Part shown: in pieces, positions 1 through 13,611 of the stretch
How positions within the stretch are numbered: the stretch's first letter is position 1
How the letters are laid out: every line of letters starts with the position of its first letter
Source: Eledone cirrhosa
Lineage: Eukaryota
Length of the DNA: 64,000 bases
Assembly (NCBI GenBank): GCA_964016885.1
Contig: OZ024741.1
Coordinates: forward strand, 388,678,001-388,742,000
Direction of reading: 5' to 3'
The notes under the pieces: model-generated
Database searches by the model: none
Seen by the model: the letters and a program-made list of their open reading frames with translations, nothing else
Told to the model about the DNA's origin: nothing
Program-made: the position numbers and the translations under genes

Positions 1-251
1 CACCTCCCATACTTGAAAAAGATCACATCTCAATCTTGTGGAACTTTAGCATCCAAACAGACCGAAAAATAGATGCAAATAGACCTGATATAATATTGAA
101 GGACTTTAAAAAGAGGGTATGCCTGCTAATTGATATGTCTGTTCCAATAGACAAGAATGTATCTATAAAAACATTTGAAAAATTGAGCAAGTATAAGGAC
201 CTGGAGATAGAAATTGGAAAAATGTGGAAATTGAGAACTAAAACAATACCA
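1..251 (+). mobile_element. R4/Dong-like non-LTR retrotransposon fragment (restriction-like endonuclease domain), from a family divergent from the other Dong copies; cut off by a junction with Tx1 copy A
   Basis: Translation WNFSIQTDRKIDANRPDIILKD...CLLIDMSVP...EKLSKYKDL...TIPV aligns with the RLE (RPD..D..K) region of ORF 20759-24148. The sequence switches to Tx1 ORF1 at about 252. Confidence 0.85.
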
Positions 252-2015
252 GTGTTGGGGTTAATGATGGTGATGGTGTTGGTGTTTGGGTTGATGGGGT
301 TGGTGATGCTGGTGTGGATGGTGGTATATCTGTCCTAACTTTTTTGTTTCTTAATTTATTTGTTTCCCTCTGTATTTTGTTTTTGGAGGGGGAAGGAAGA
401 GAATTTTTTCTTTTTTGGTTTCTTTTTTTTTTCCTGATACAGTTTCCCACTCCTCGTCGTCACAATCTGTCACCAGTTGTGATAGGTCGGGGAGTGGAAA
501 ATCCTCCACAGGCGTTGGTTTTGGTTGTGGCGTGGTTGTTGGTGGAGGCGCTGGTGCTAGTTCTGGCGCGGTGGGTGGTGGTGGTGTTGGTTTTGCTACT
601 GTTGTTGGGGTTGCTGCTGCTACAGTTGTTGTTGCCATTTCTGCTGCTGGTGGTGTTGATGGTTGAGTCACTGGGGTGGGTAAGAGAGGTGGCCTCAACT
701 TTTTAGCCTGAGGGCAAAAAGCCTTTAGGTGGGTTCCTTCACCACAATCGACACACCTAGGCCTTCTACCCTCGACGATTACGGTGAGGTGGCTGCCGTC
801 AGTGAGGTCTATTACCTCTGGGATTTCCTCAATGCTTTTTTGGTCTGCTTGAATCAGGAGCTCCATCCCAGATCCGGACCAGTTCTCCTGCTTTTCTTTT
901 GATATTTCAATTATTTTGGTGTTGGCTTCGATGCCGGCGAAGACGGCAGCCATTAGCCAGGGAATTTCGATGGCCGGTGGACGTCAGTCACCCTGATCTT
1001 CACGAGTCTCTGGTCACAATAGCTTGGGACGAGTGTGAAGTCGTCGCTTCTTAATGGGGTCATGGAGTGCTCTCTGGCCTCCTGTGGTGTTCCAAAGAAC
1101 ATGTCCACGGTTCCATATTTCTGCCCACGTCTGATGTGGGTTTTTTTCGCCCACACATGTCCCAAAGCTTTTGGGATTTGGGACTCGGATGCCCGTTCCA
1201 CTCGGCGCGATTTTGTGTCAATCGTCCGATAAGACACGGTGCATAGGCGCCGATGCTCCATTTTATTAGGTGGGGGAGGGGTGCTGACCCTGTACCCATC
1301 TTTCTTTACCATTCTCTTGGCTTCATTTAATTCCTTCTGAGTTACCTCGATTGTTTCGCATTTCTTGGCTGCTTTGGCAAACGACACATTTGCGGTGGTG
1401 TTGATGTTTTTGTTTTTATTCTCATTGTTGTTGTTGCTGTTGTTGTTATTGTTATTTTTGTTATTGTTATTTTTAGTTTCAGTTGTGGTGGTGGTGGTGT
1501 CAGTGGTGTTCGGTGTGGAAGAGTCGATTCTGGGTGAATCCATTTCGATGTCACGAGATAATAATTTATTTTTTTCTTTTGTTTCTGTTGCCGCTGTGGT
1601 GGTGGTGGGGGTGGCGGCTTTAACACCTGCAGTTTTTAGTAATAGCGGGAAATGAATGCCTGCATGAGACAAATTTAAATTATTGCTACTGCTTATATTT
1701 TTAGTGTTGGCAAATGTAGTAATATTTACAATGGTGGTGCTGGTGTGAGGTGTTAGTTTGTGAGGAAGGCTGTCAGCTTGGTGTAGCTGTGAGTCGTCCA
1801 TGATTTTTTCAAAGAAAGTTTTTGTTTGATAATTATAAAAGTTTAAATTTTGGACTCAAGGCCCCAATCTTTTTGAGTGTCCTTTTCCGAAAACAATATA
1901 TGTGAACTTATATACACTTAACAACAAAAATTTTCCATAAATGGCAATTTGAAACAACTGAAAACAACAAACCTTTGCGGAGCTCACGATAATACGATTT
2001 CCTACGTAGGTCGCC
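252..2015 (-). mobile_element. Tx1-clade LINE copy A: 5'UTR plus most of ORF1 (frameshifted), 3' portion missing
   Basis: Its 5' end (GGCGACCTACGTAGG on -) is the same as copy B at 13820 and abuts (AAT)n. ORF1 pieces 953-1801, 351-953 and 238-450 carry the knuckle CVDCGEGTHLKAFC (C-x2-C-x4-H-x4-C) and are homologous to 11618-13611. Confidence 0.9.
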
Positions 2016-2023
2016 AATAGTAA

Positions 2024-2090
<67 letters not shown>
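2016..2090. repeat. (AAT)n microsatellite, target/spacer between elements
   Basis: Direct reading; about 25 units with two imperfections. Confidence 0.95.
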
Positions 2091-2091
<1 letters not shown>

Positions 2092-3512
2092 TTGGTATTG
2101 GTATTGGTAAATGTGGAGTCATTGTGATGAGGAGGGGTAGGTTGAGCAGAAGTAACGGGATCCAGATACCAACAGGTGAGATGATAAAGGAAATTGACTC
2201 TGAGGAAGGATACAAGTATTTGGGCGTTCTGGAGGCTGATGGCATAAAGAACAAAAAAATGAAGGAATTGTTAAGAACTGAATACATTCGGAGAGTAAGG
2301 AGCGTATTGAAGTCACATCTGAACAGCAGAAATGCCATAAGCGCAGTAAATTCCCGAGCTGTGTCTATTATTAGGTACAGTGCGGGAATTCTGAGATGGA
2401 ATGTTGCTGAACAAAAAGAAATGGATAGGAAGACTAGGAAGCTATTGACTATCTACAACATGTTCCACAAGAGGAGTGATGTCGATAGACTCTACCTAAG
2501 GAGATCTGAGGGTGGAAGAGGTCTTATCAGCATAGAGGACTGTGTTCAGATGGAGAAAAACAACCTATACAAATACGTGACCTATAGTAAGGAGCCAATG
2601 CTCAGAGCTGTACTGAAGGAGGGGACAGTAGGCCAGGGGATACCCAAGGAGGAAATAACATCAAGGAGGAAGAGCAGCCTTAAGGGAAAATCCCTTCATA
2701 GTACCTTCTTTGAGAAAACTGAATTTAGAGATCCACAGACATGGAACTGGTTGAGAAGAGGAGACCTCAAAAAGGCTACAGAAGGAATGCTAATGGCTGC
2801 GCAGGAGCAGGCCCTCAAAACGAAGTGGTTGAAGCACCATATCTACAAGGAGGAGGCTAGCCCACTGTGCAGGATCTGTGGAGAGAGAGAGGAGACTGTG
2901 GCTCACATTGTGTCCGAGTGTAAACACCTAGCCCAGACCCACTATAAGGGCTGGAGACACGATGTGATGGGCAGGGTGATCCACTGGCACCTGTGCAAAG
3001 TAAACAATCTACCACATTCTGAGAAATGGTATGAGCATAGGCCAGAGGCGGTGATAGAGAACAGTCAGGTGAAGGTGCTGTGGGATTTTAGGATACAGAC
3101 GGACAAAAAACTGGAACACAATAGACCACCTGGTGGTTGTGGACAAAGAAAAAAGATCGTGCCTGATTGTGGATGTGGCCTGCCCGTTCGACACGAGAGT
3201 GCAAGAGAAGGAGAGGGAGAAAATTAACCGATACCAGGACCTAAAGTGGGAGGTGAAAAGGATTTGGAACTGCCATGAAGTCAAAGTGATCCCGATTGTC
3301 ATAGGCGCACTGGGGACTATCTCCAAAGGTTTCCAGGGATGGTTAAAGAAAATCGGCCCCTTCACGCTTTTTGGAACGCTTCAAAAGGCATGCTTGCTTG
3401 GAACGGCAAGAACCCTCCGATACGTCCTGAATATCTGAGGCTGCAGGTAGTGGCTTGATATTCAATCCAACGGACTTTCCAGTTAACCAACATCAATGAC
3501 TGAGATTCAAGG
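2091..3512 (+). mobile_element. 5'-truncated R4/Dong-like element (copy F): RT C-terminus, CCHC and RLE, frameshifted at the RPD motif
   Basis: ORFs 2124-3227 and 3133-3438 are nearly identical to 22830-24148. A 2-nt deletion at about 3127 (AGACCACC vs AGACCTGACC) removes the catalytic RPD. The 3'UTR and tail match copy D. Confidence 0.93.
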
Positions 3513-3524
3513 AATAACAATAAC

Positions 3525-3557
<33 letters not shown>

Positions 3558-3559
<2 letters not shown>

Positions 3560-3620
3560 TTTCTTTATTAACCACAAGGGTTAAAGTAGACATTAAGGAC
3601 AGTGCAGGACAATACAGGAC
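3558..3620 (-). mobile_element. 63-nt 3'-terminal stub of the Tx1-clade element inserted in (AAT)n
   Basis: GATTTCTTTATTAACCACAAGGGTT...CATTAAGGACAGTGCAGGACAATACAGGAC matches the Tx1 3' ends at 7922-7990 and 13839-13907. It is flanked by (AAT)n on both sides. Confidence 0.9.
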
Positions 3621-3656
<36 letters not shown>

Positions 3657-6600
3657 TTTAAAAAAATCAAAAAAAAATTCAAAATCAAGTTTTAGTTTTA
3701 ACAAAATGTTTAATTCCAATATTAAGAAAATATGTCAACACATATACGCGACTAATGATAATTTCACTAAAGATAATTTCACCACCAATACCACCACCAC
3801 CACTACCACGATGAAAACTCTGGTCAAGCCGACTCAAATTTCTACTCCGTCTTCAACACCATCACTACAGTAATACGACCACATCACCACCACTGCCTCA
3901 TTATCGCTACCGCCGCTAGTCTCTCCCACTAACTCCTGCTAGTTGCTGCTAGCACAGCACCGTCACCACCACCACCACCACCACTGCCTCATTATCACTA
4001 CCGCCGCTATTCTCTCCCGCTAGCCCCTGCTACATTGTAGAATTCTCACTAAAAGAGGAAGGCATCAATATATATAAATAGACTGAATTGATGACCCGGT
4101 CAAAATAAAAAAAAAACAAAAATAAAAATCAAAGCAGCACAGCAACAACGAAAAACGTAAAGGAAATAAAAATGAAGAGAAAAACAAACGGACGGACAGA
4201 GAAGGGAAGGGAAAAACTAAGTCAGACATTCAAACACTATATTACAATGAAACTTATGCTTATTCATTTTTGGGGTTTTTCTGCCTGTTTGTTTGTTTGT
4301 TTATTTGGGTTCGTCTACAGCGTGATAATGCCACACAAAAGTCACGTGGAGTGACGAAACCACCAGAGACGAGTAGCCATACATTCGCCAATCCTCGATA
4401 AGAGTGTTTAAATGTCGAACCTAAACAGTTCGAATAACGGTGAAATGGAGACTAGAATGTCATGTGACAGACTCTCACCCAACAGGTGCTCCCTGGCTCA
4501 GCAGCAGGGACCTGGCTGTCAACCAAATACTGCTGGTGTCGGGGGAAGAAAAAGAAGGAAAGGGACCAGAACCAACTGGACGAAAGAATTGAATAGAACT
4601 GTTATGCAATGTTACCTGAAGAGTAACCCCAAGGAGAAAGGCTATAGGAAAAGGATGCATAACATCTGGAACGAGATTGGTCCATTTAAATTAGATGAAC
4701 AAAAACTGGCCGGGCAAGCTCGGGTAATAAGAACTAATGGGTGGATAAGCGAGCTGGAACTGGAGGAACTGAGCAGAGAGATTAGCTTGGAGATGGAGAG
4801 TGGAGTATGCCAAGCAAACGAGCCAGTGGGAAATGAAGGTGAAGAGGTCGAGAGAACGGAGGAACCACCCGAAGCAGACAATGATCTGAATGCTGAGATA
4901 AATAATACCTGGAACAGAGATACGGCCACTGAGGAGATGAATGCTGACGGGCTAGGACAAGATTTGGTTGATATCCTAAACTTAGTGGTAGATGAATTGA
5001 ACAATGATAGTGGGAGGCCTACGAACCTAAGATTTGTAGACAGGAAAAAGTTAAAAGAAACAACAGCTAAGGTAAACAGAGTCATCCCATACCTTGAGGC
5101 GAGGAGCCTTCACCAGTGCAACAATATCCTCAAAGCAACAGCAAATACGGTGAGGAAACTACTTGGTATAAAAGCGAGAGGAAACAACAGACAAGAAAGA
5201 GCAGAGCCTTGGTGGAAGAAACGACTGAGTGGTCAAATCAGGAAAATGAGAAATGACATTGGAAAGCTTGAGTCCCTACTGAATGGGACACTAAAAAACA
5301 TAGACACTAAAAATAGACTGGAAATAAAGTACAAAACTAGGAGGAAAAAGCTAAATATCATCATAGAGGAACTGAAGCAACGCATTGTAGCAAAGAGTGC
5401 AAAAATCAGGCGATACGAGAACAGAGTCAGTCAGTATAGACAGAACAGCATGTTCGACAACAACCAGAAGATGCTGTTTGGACAGCTTGAAGGGAAAGAA
5501 AGAGGCAACGACTTGATCCCTGAGGCGGAACAAACTAAAACATTTTGGAGAGGAATATGGGAGCAGGATGTTAAACATAATGACCAGGCAGTGTGGATTG
5601 AGACAGTACAGAAGGAGATCAGTGAACAGGCACACCAACAAACTGATTTGAGTATCACAGTTGAAACTCTTAAGGGGCAGGCCAAAAAACTAACCAACTG
5701 GAAATCACCTGGCCCAGATGGTGTGCAGGGGTATTGGATTAAAAACATAACATCCCTCCACCCGAAACTGACAACCATGTTCAATGACTGCTTGATGTCA
5801 GGTGAGGTACCAGAGTGGTTGACAAAAGGTACCACAGTTCTGATAATGAAAGACCGAATCAAGGGTAATGATATTACCAATTATAGACCTATCACATGTC
5901 TGTCCGTAATGTGGAAACTGTTGACAAGCATTATGTCTGAGGAAATCTACCATCACCTTCACACAAACAACTTGTTACCGGACGAACAGAAAGGATGCCG
6001 AAAGAAGTCACGTGGTACAAAGGACCAGTTACTTATTGATAAGATGGTAATGAGGAATTGCAAGAGGAAACACACTGGTCTTGCCATGGGATGGATAGAC
6101 TACAGAAAGGCATTTGACATGGTGCCTCACTATTGGATCACCAAAAGCCTGGAGATCTTCAAGGTGGCAGATAACATCAGACAATTGTTGGGCAAAAGTA
6201 TGAAGTCCTGGGAAACAGAGTTAACATCAACTGGAGAATCCTTGGGAAGCGTGAAGATCAAGAGGGATATCTTCCAGGGAGATAGTCTGTCCCCTCTGTT
6301 GTTTGTCCTTGCCCTGATGCCCCTGACCAGTGTACTGTGAAAAGTGAGAGCAGGATACAGGTTGGGAAAGGGAGGGCTTACCATCAATCACCTCCTCTTC
6401 ATGAACGATCTTAAGCTCTTCGGGAAGAGTGAGAAGGAGTTGGATGTGCTTGTTGAAACTGTCCGTATTTTCAGCAATGATATATGTATGCAATTTGGTA
6501 TTAGTAAGTGTGGAGTCATTGTGAAGAGGAGGGGTAAGTTGAGCAGAAGTAACGGAATCCAGATACCAAACAGGTGAGATGATAAAGGAAATTGACTCTG

Positions 6601-7903
6601 AGGAAGGATACAAGTATTTGGGCGTTCTGGAGGCTGATGACATCAAGAACAAAAAAATGAAGGAATTGATAAGAACTGAATACCTTCGGAGAGTAAGGAG
6701 CGTATTAAAGTCACATCTGAACAGTAGGAATGCCATAAGTGCAGTGAATTCCCGAGCTGTGTCTATTATTAGGTACAGTGCGGGAATTCTGAGATGGAAT
6801 GTTGCTGAACAAAAAGAAATGGATAGGAAGACTAGGAAGCTATTGACTATCTACAATATGTTCCAGAAGAGGAGTGATGTCGATAGACTCTACTTAAGGA
6901 GATCTGAAGGTGGAAGAGGTCTTATCAGCATAGAGGACTGTGTTCAGATGGAGAAGAACAACCTACACAAATACGTGACTGATAGTAAGGAGCCAATGCT
7001 CAGAACTGTACTGAAGGAGGGGACAATAGGCCAGGGGATGTCCAAGGAGCAAATAACATCAAGGAGAAAGAGCAGCCTTCAGGAAAAATCCCTTCATAGT
7101 ACCTTCTTTGAGAAAACTGAATTTAGAGATCCACAGACATGGAACTGGTTGAAAAGAGGAGACCTTAAAAAGGCTACAGAAGGAATGTTAATGGCTGCGC
7201 AGGAGCAGGCCTTCAAAACGAAGTGGTTGAAACACCACATTTACAAGGAGGAGGCTAGCCCACTGTGCAGGATCTGTGGAGAGAGAGAGGAGACTGTGGC
7301 TCACATTGTATCCGAGTGAAAACACCTAGCCCAGACTCACTATAAGGGCTGGAGACATGATGTGATGGGCAGGGTGATCCACTGGCACCTATGCAAAGTA
7401 AACAATTTACCACATTCTGAGAAGTGGTATGAGCATAAGCCAGAGTTGGTGATAGAAAACGATCAGGTGAAGGTGCTGCGGGATTTTAGGATACAGACGG
7501 ACAAGAAACTGGAACTCAATAGACCTGACCTGGTGGTTTTGGACAAGGAAAAAAGATCGTGCCTGATTGTGGATGTGGCCTGCCCATTCGACACGAGAGT
7601 GCAAGAGAAGGAGAGGGAGAAAATTAACCGATACCAGGACTTAAAGTGGGAGGTAAAAAGGATTTGAAACTGACATGTAGTCAAAGTGGTCCCGATTGTC
7701 ATAGGCACACTAGGTACTATCTCAAAAAGTTTCCAGGGATGGTTAAAGAAAATCGGCCCCTTCACGCTTTTTGGAACGCTTCAAAAAGCATGCTTGCTGG
7801 GAACAGCAAGAACCCTCCGATACGTCCTGAATATCTGAGGCTGCAGGTAGTGGCTTGATATTCATTTCAACAGTTAACTAACATCAATGACTGAGACTCA
7901 AAG
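3657..7903 (+). mobile_element. Full-length but decayed R4/Dong-like element (copy E)
   Basis: Long 5'UTR largely shared with copy D, ORF pieces collinear with 20759-24148, and an (AAT)n tail at 7904-7921. Confidence 0.92.
4412..7838 (+). pseudogene. Disrupted Dong RT-RLE polyprotein
   Basis: Stops at 6338-6340, 7317-7319 and 7665-7667, a frameshift at about 6570, and the RT motif FMDD changed to FMND. Confidence 0.9.
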
Positions 7904-8163
7904 AACAATAATAATAATAATGTTTTCTTTATTAACCACAAGGGTTCACATAAAGTAGACATTAAGGACAGTACAGGACAATACAGGACGGTACAAATGG
8001 GCATTTCTGCGTGTAAAAAAACAGAGGTTGAAATAAAATAACAAAGAAAAATTCCCCAATAGGGGGGAGACTTCCAAGGGACATTTGTGGAGAAAGCCCA
8101 TTAAAAGACCACAGTGGCCCTGACCACCAAGGCAAGTGCCCTTCCCAGTTTTCCACCTTTAAT

Positions 8164-11100
8164 TTACAGACACATACTCAGAGAAGGCCCATTCATTCGG
8201 GCCATACTTGCTTCTCTCACCCATCTTTCAACAAAATGCTGGGAAGAGAGCACTTCCCTCTCTACCCTGATTTTCCTTTTCAAATGAAATTTGAAAAAGG
8301 TAATCAGGGCATCACCGAAGAGGTAAGTGCTCGTCTTCAGCCCTTTCAAACGTGTCCACCATACTATCTCTTTCGCCATGGCCACCAGACAGATAAAAGC
8401 TGCCTGCCCTTCCAGGCTAAAGGAAGGGGGCGGGGCAATCCTCACGATGGACTCAGCTGATAGCTGGATCCGTCCTACACGTGACAGCAGGTGTTCGACA
8501 TAAACCCACAAGTCAGCAATGCTCGGACACTGGACGAGTGCGTGCAGGACGGTTTCGTCGCCTTGCGCGCATCTCGGACATGCCCGGCTGACGGCACCTC
8601 CATGCCTGTAGAGTTTATCCCGAACTGGCAAAGCTCCTCGGTAGCACTGCCAGGCCAGGGATTTCTGGAAGTTGTCCATAGGCCCCGGCCCGAAAGTCCT
8701 TCCGAAGAGATTGGCTAGTTGATTTTTGTCGACGCCTAGAGTTTCTCCAAGTACGTCGTCGCTCTTCTCCTCCACTAATCTCCTATAGAACGCCAAGGTG
8801 GAGTTTCCACCGATCACATTGCCCGATTGGTCGAGGGCTGTGAGCGCCTGAAGATATTCCAGTCTCCAAGCGCTCCCTCTCGGTCTTCGCTTGACCCAGG
8901 ACTGCAGCTCCGTCAAGGAGACGAGCTGGGGAAAAACGTGTCTTGCAAACGGCGACCACACCTGATCACAGTTGAGGAAGAGGTGGAGATGTCGTAGCCT
9001 GAGCGCGTGTCTGCGCATCATCAGCCACGGCATACCCAGCCCTCCACGTAGCGGGTGTTGACAGCAGATGGACCGCCTGACCATCGGAGCGCGTGCCTTC
9101 CACAAGAAGCGAAAGAGCAAACGCTCCAGCGCAGTCAGGCGGGGCTTAGGACAAGGTACGACGGTCAGGCGGTAGTAGATGACGGATGCGATGTACGCAT
9201 TCGCCACCTCCGCTCGACCTTTCAGGGATAGCTTCCTCTCCGCCCATTTCTGGGTGAGAGAAGCCACCCTGCTCGTCACCTCGTCCCAGTTTTTGTCCGT
9301 CTGGAGGTCTGGACCGAACCAGACCCCTAGCAATTTAACCGGTCCGTCCGTCCAGCGCCCGACGACGCTGTTGGACGGCATGGACCTGCCTCTCCAGGTG
9401 CCGAGCTGCAGGCCCACTGACTTTTCCTGGTTGATCATTGCTCCTGTCACCGCTTCGTATTCTCTTAGTGTAGTGCCGATCGCCTCGATGTGTTTGGCGT
9501 TCGACACCACTACGGTGACATCGTCGTCATATGCTGACACGGATCTTCCGCATCCTAGTTCGCGCGGGACCCCCCTCAAAGTCTCCAGTTTGTGCAATAA
9601 TGGCTCGAGAGTCAATACGTACAATAGGGACGAGAGGGGACATCCTTGGCGGACCGAGCGCATGATGTTGAACGGTTCCGAAATGTGACCGTTCACTCTC
9701 ACTACAGAGCAGATGTCGCTGTGCATGGCAGCGATCCAGCCTCTGAAGACGGGCCCAAAGCCAGCCGCCCTCAGGACTGCCGCTAGGTAACGATGGTCGA
9801 CCCTATCGAAGGCTTTCGACTGATCTAAATTGATCAAAGACCCACCCGTGCCAGGTTCCCTAGCAACCCTCTCTACGATGTATCGCATGAGGTGGAGGTT
9901 GTCGTGGATGGATCTGTCGGGAATGGCGCATGTCTGTGCCTCTCCCACCAGACCACCAACGACAAGCGCCAACCTCTTTGCTAGCACCTTGGCCAAAATC
10001 TTGAACTCTGTGTTTAGCAGAGTTATGAGCCTATAATTATCTATGTTATCCCCCTTGTTCGGATCCTTTCTCAGCAGCGCCACCGCTCCTCGGCTCACAG
10101 AGCTGGGAATTCTCCCGTTCTGTTGCCAGTTGCAGTAGACGTCCGCCAAGAGGCCTCCGAACAAGTTTGGCATTTGTACGTAAAGTTCATAGGGGAGACC
10201 ATCCAAACCAGGCGATTTACCCCTTGTGCAACTAGTCATTGCATCCCGTACTTCAGCGGTTGTTATCGGCTTTTCGCAACACTCCGCCTCAGTGGCCGAA
10301 AGCCGCGGCAGTCCGTCGAGGTAGACACTAAAGTCCATCCCTCGATCCGGCCCGCCACTGCCCCCGAACATTTGAGCGAAGTGTCGCTGAAAAGCTTCAC
10401 ACATTTGCCCGGGATCGAGTAGCATGCGCCCGTCGTGGTCCACCAAAGACCGGATCGTGGCTTTGTTGCCACGACGCGCCTCCGCCACTCGGGCCCATTG
10501 AACGGCTTTCGTCCCCTCGTGTCTGAGAGCACGCACCCTAGCTCTGACAACGCAGCCTTCGTGCTTTGCATTGAAGAATTGGTCAAGGGCCAATTTCGCC
10601 GCAAGTACGTCGGTCACGATGCCTTTGCTAAGCGCCTCATCTAATTTTCTAACTAATTCTCCCTCTGCTCTATTTTTCTCTATTGCTAAAGTCTTACTAA
10701 ACCTAATGGACTCTATTCTAATTGCTCTTTTCAGAGCAAACCACCACTTGTTGTTGACGATGGCCCCCGTCAACGCCCGCTTAACTAGTTCGCTAATCCG
10801 GTCTCTGTAGGCCTTGCGCGCTGGTAAGGACGCGTTTAGCTTCCAGTAGCCGGGTCCTCGTCTATGAAGCCTATCTAAGTCAAGCACACAGATTACGAAT
10901 TTGTGGTCCGTGTAGCTGACTATCTTGAATTGTGGACAGCCTATGCTAGACCTATCTATTTCCCTACAAAATACTCTATCTAGATATGATCTGGATGACC
11001 CTATGCGATTTGTCCAAGTCCACATTGGTACATTCGGGAAATCCATTCGTTACCTGTCAGACAGTTCAAAACGTCTGAGCAGGTTGGTGAGACTCTTGCA

Positions 11101-11583
11101 CCCTCCTTCCCTATCCACTAATCCCACACAATCCCAGCGTGCATCTAAGATCCCGTTCTAGTCGCCCACTAACACTAAAGAGCGGGACGTTCCAAGAAAG
11201 GTCTCCAGACGCCGGAAGAAATCAGGCCGCCCTGCTCCTGTCGGGGCATAGACGGCCACTAACCTGAAAGCTTGCCCGTCTCCGCTGGTCACGTCCAGCA
11301 CCACCAACTTACCTTCTGGGTCCAGGAAGATGGCCCGTATGGCAAGATCCAAACCTCTCCGAAAAAGCACAGCAACTCCTCCCCCCGATCCCGGACGGCT
11401 GGGAGATGCGTACACATCGTAGCCGCCGAAGATCGGTGCGAAAGCCTGTGCTTCGGAGATTCTGGTCTCGCTGATGGCCACTACATCTATGTTTAGTGAC
11501 CTGAGGTCGTTGAGCAGGTGGCCCTGCTTCCATGACGACCCCAAGCCACGCGCATTTATGCTGCCTATTCTGAGTGAGGTCAT
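8164..11583 (-). pseudogene. Tx1 ORF2 (APE endonuclease, RT, C-terminal CCHC) with one in-frame stop and YADD changed to YDDD
   Basis: APE motifs GSINARGL, SET, VYAP, GD*N and TDH; RT motifs KSPGLDG, DQSKAFDRV and RQGCPLS; zinc finger CPRCAQGDETVLHALVQC. TGG->TAG at 11158-11160 is in frame with ORF 8164-11046. Confidence 0.92.
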
Positions 11584-11617
11584 GTTGAAAAGGAGTGGAA
11601 AAGATGGGAAAGACCAC

Positions 11618-13611
11618 TTACCTTACTTCTCGTAGGGGAAGGACGGCTTTTCCATCCTTTTCACTGCTTGTGGCCTCCTCAGGAAGGATGTCCTTATAAA
11701 TCCTCCTGGAGAGTGCTTGTCGGAAGTCTCCGATGTCTTTGGGGAATTTTTGTTTTAGTGTCATGTACGTTTTCTGTGTGATGCGAGTGATTTGTATGTG
11801 TGGAGGTGGTGTGATTTTTTGGGTTGTTGTGTAGTCTTTTTCTGTGATGCTGGTGTTGTGTTGGATGTAGTGTAATAATTGCTTGTTGTTCAAATTTAAT
11901 GCTGTGTAGTGTGTATCGTTTTGGTTGTTTTGTTTTGTTTGCGTTTGTTGTGGGTTTGTTTCTGTTTCGCATTTTGGTGACTTTTGTGGTGTAGGTGATG
12001 GTGGTGCTGGGGATAATGATGGTGATGGTGTTGGTGTTTGGGTTGATGGGGTTGGTGATGCTGGTGTGGATGGTGGCATATCTGTCCTAACTTTTTTGTT
12101 TCTTAGTTTATTTGTTTCCCTCTGTATTTTGTTTTTGGAGGGGGAAGGAAGAGATTTTTTTTCTTTTTTGGTTTCTTTTTTTTTTCCCGGATATCGTTTC
12201 CCACTCCTCGTCGTCACAATCTGTCTCCAGTTGTGATAGGCCGGGGAGTGGAAAATCCTCCACAGCCGTTAGTTTTGGTTGTGGTGTGGTGGATGGTGTA
12301 GGCGCTGGTGCTAGTTCTGAAGCGTTGGGTGGTGGTGGTGTTGGTTTTGCTGGTGGTGGTAGTGGTGTTGGTTTTGCTACTGTTGCTGGGGTTGTTGCTG
12401 TTATAGTTGCTTCTGTTGTTGCTGCTACAGTTGTTGCTGCCACCTCTGCTACTGGTGGTGTTGATGGTTGTGTCACTGGGGTGGGTAGGAGAGGTGGCCT
12501 CAACCTTTTAGCCTGAGGGCAGAAAGCCCTTAGGTGGGTTCCTTCACCACAAATGACACACCTAGGTCTTCTGCCCTCCACAATTACCGTGAGGTGGCTG
12601 CCGTCAGTGAGGTCTATTACCTCTGGGATCTCCTCAATGCTTTTTTGGTCCGCTTGGATCAGGAGCTCCATCCCAGATCCGGACCAGTTTTCCTGCTTTT
12701 CTTTTGCTACTGCTATTATTTTCGTGTTGGCTTCGATGCCGGCGAGGACAGCCGCTATTAGCCAGGGAATTTCGATGGCCGGTGGAACGTGGGTCACCCT
12801 GATCTTTACGAGTCTCTGGCCACAATAGCTTGGGACGAGTGTGAGGTCGTCACTTTTTAATGGGGCCATGGAGTGTTCTCTAGCCTCCTCTGGTGTTTCA
12901 AAGAACACATCCACGGTTCCATACTTTTGCCCACGTCTGATGTGGGTTTTTCTTGCCCATACATGTCCCAAAGCTTTTTGGATTTGGGACTCGGATGCCC
13001 GTTCCACTCGGCGCGATTTTACATTTATTGTTCTATACGACACGGTGCACAGGCGCCGATGCTCCATTTTATTAGGTGTGTGTGGGGGGGGGAGGCTGAC
13101 CCTGTACCCATCTTTCTTTACCATTTGTTTGGCATTTTCTAAATCTTCTTGAGTTACCGTGAACGCTTCGAATTGTTTTGCTACGATGGCGAAACTGAGG
13201 GTCGGTTTTATAATGTCATTGTTGTTGTTGTTGCTATCGTTAATATTAATTTTATTTTCAGTTGTGGTGGTGGTGACGTCAGTCGTCTTTGGTGGGGAAG
13301 AGTCCATTTTGCTTGATTTCATTTCGACGTCACGAGTTAATTTATTTTTTTTCTTCTTTTGTTTCTGTTGTCGCGGTGGTGGTGGTGGTGGTGGTTGTCG
13401 CGGTGGTGGTGGTGGTGGAGGGTTTAACACCTGCAGTCATTGGTAATGGCGGGAAATGAATGTCTGCCTGAGACAAATTTAAAATATTGCTACTGCTTAT
13501 ATTTTTTTTTGTGTTGGCAAACGTAGTAACATTTACAATGGTGGTGTCGGTGTGAGGTGTTATTTTGTGAGGAAGGCTTTCAGCTGCTTCGTGCAGAGGG
13601 GAATTAGCCAT
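11618..13611 (-). pseudogene. Tx1 ORF1 type I (nucleic-acid binding, CCHC knuckle), with two frameshifts in A-runs
   Basis: Pieces 13342-13611, 12108-13430 and 11618-12217; knuckle CVICGEGTHLRAFC; Pro/Thr-rich linkers. Confidence 0.85.

Noticed and set aside
1960-2015. HDV-like ribozyme at the Tx1 5' end (palindrome CCTACGTAGG)
   Set aside because: I could not build the nested double pseudoknot by eye; only a short palindrome is supported.
400-12190. Programmed ribosomal frameshift in Tx1 ORF1 at the KKKETKKEK A-runs (copies A and B both shift here)
   Set aside because: The shifts fall in different A-runs in the two copies and a single open frame can be reconstructed, so homopolymer indels or assembly errors are more likely.
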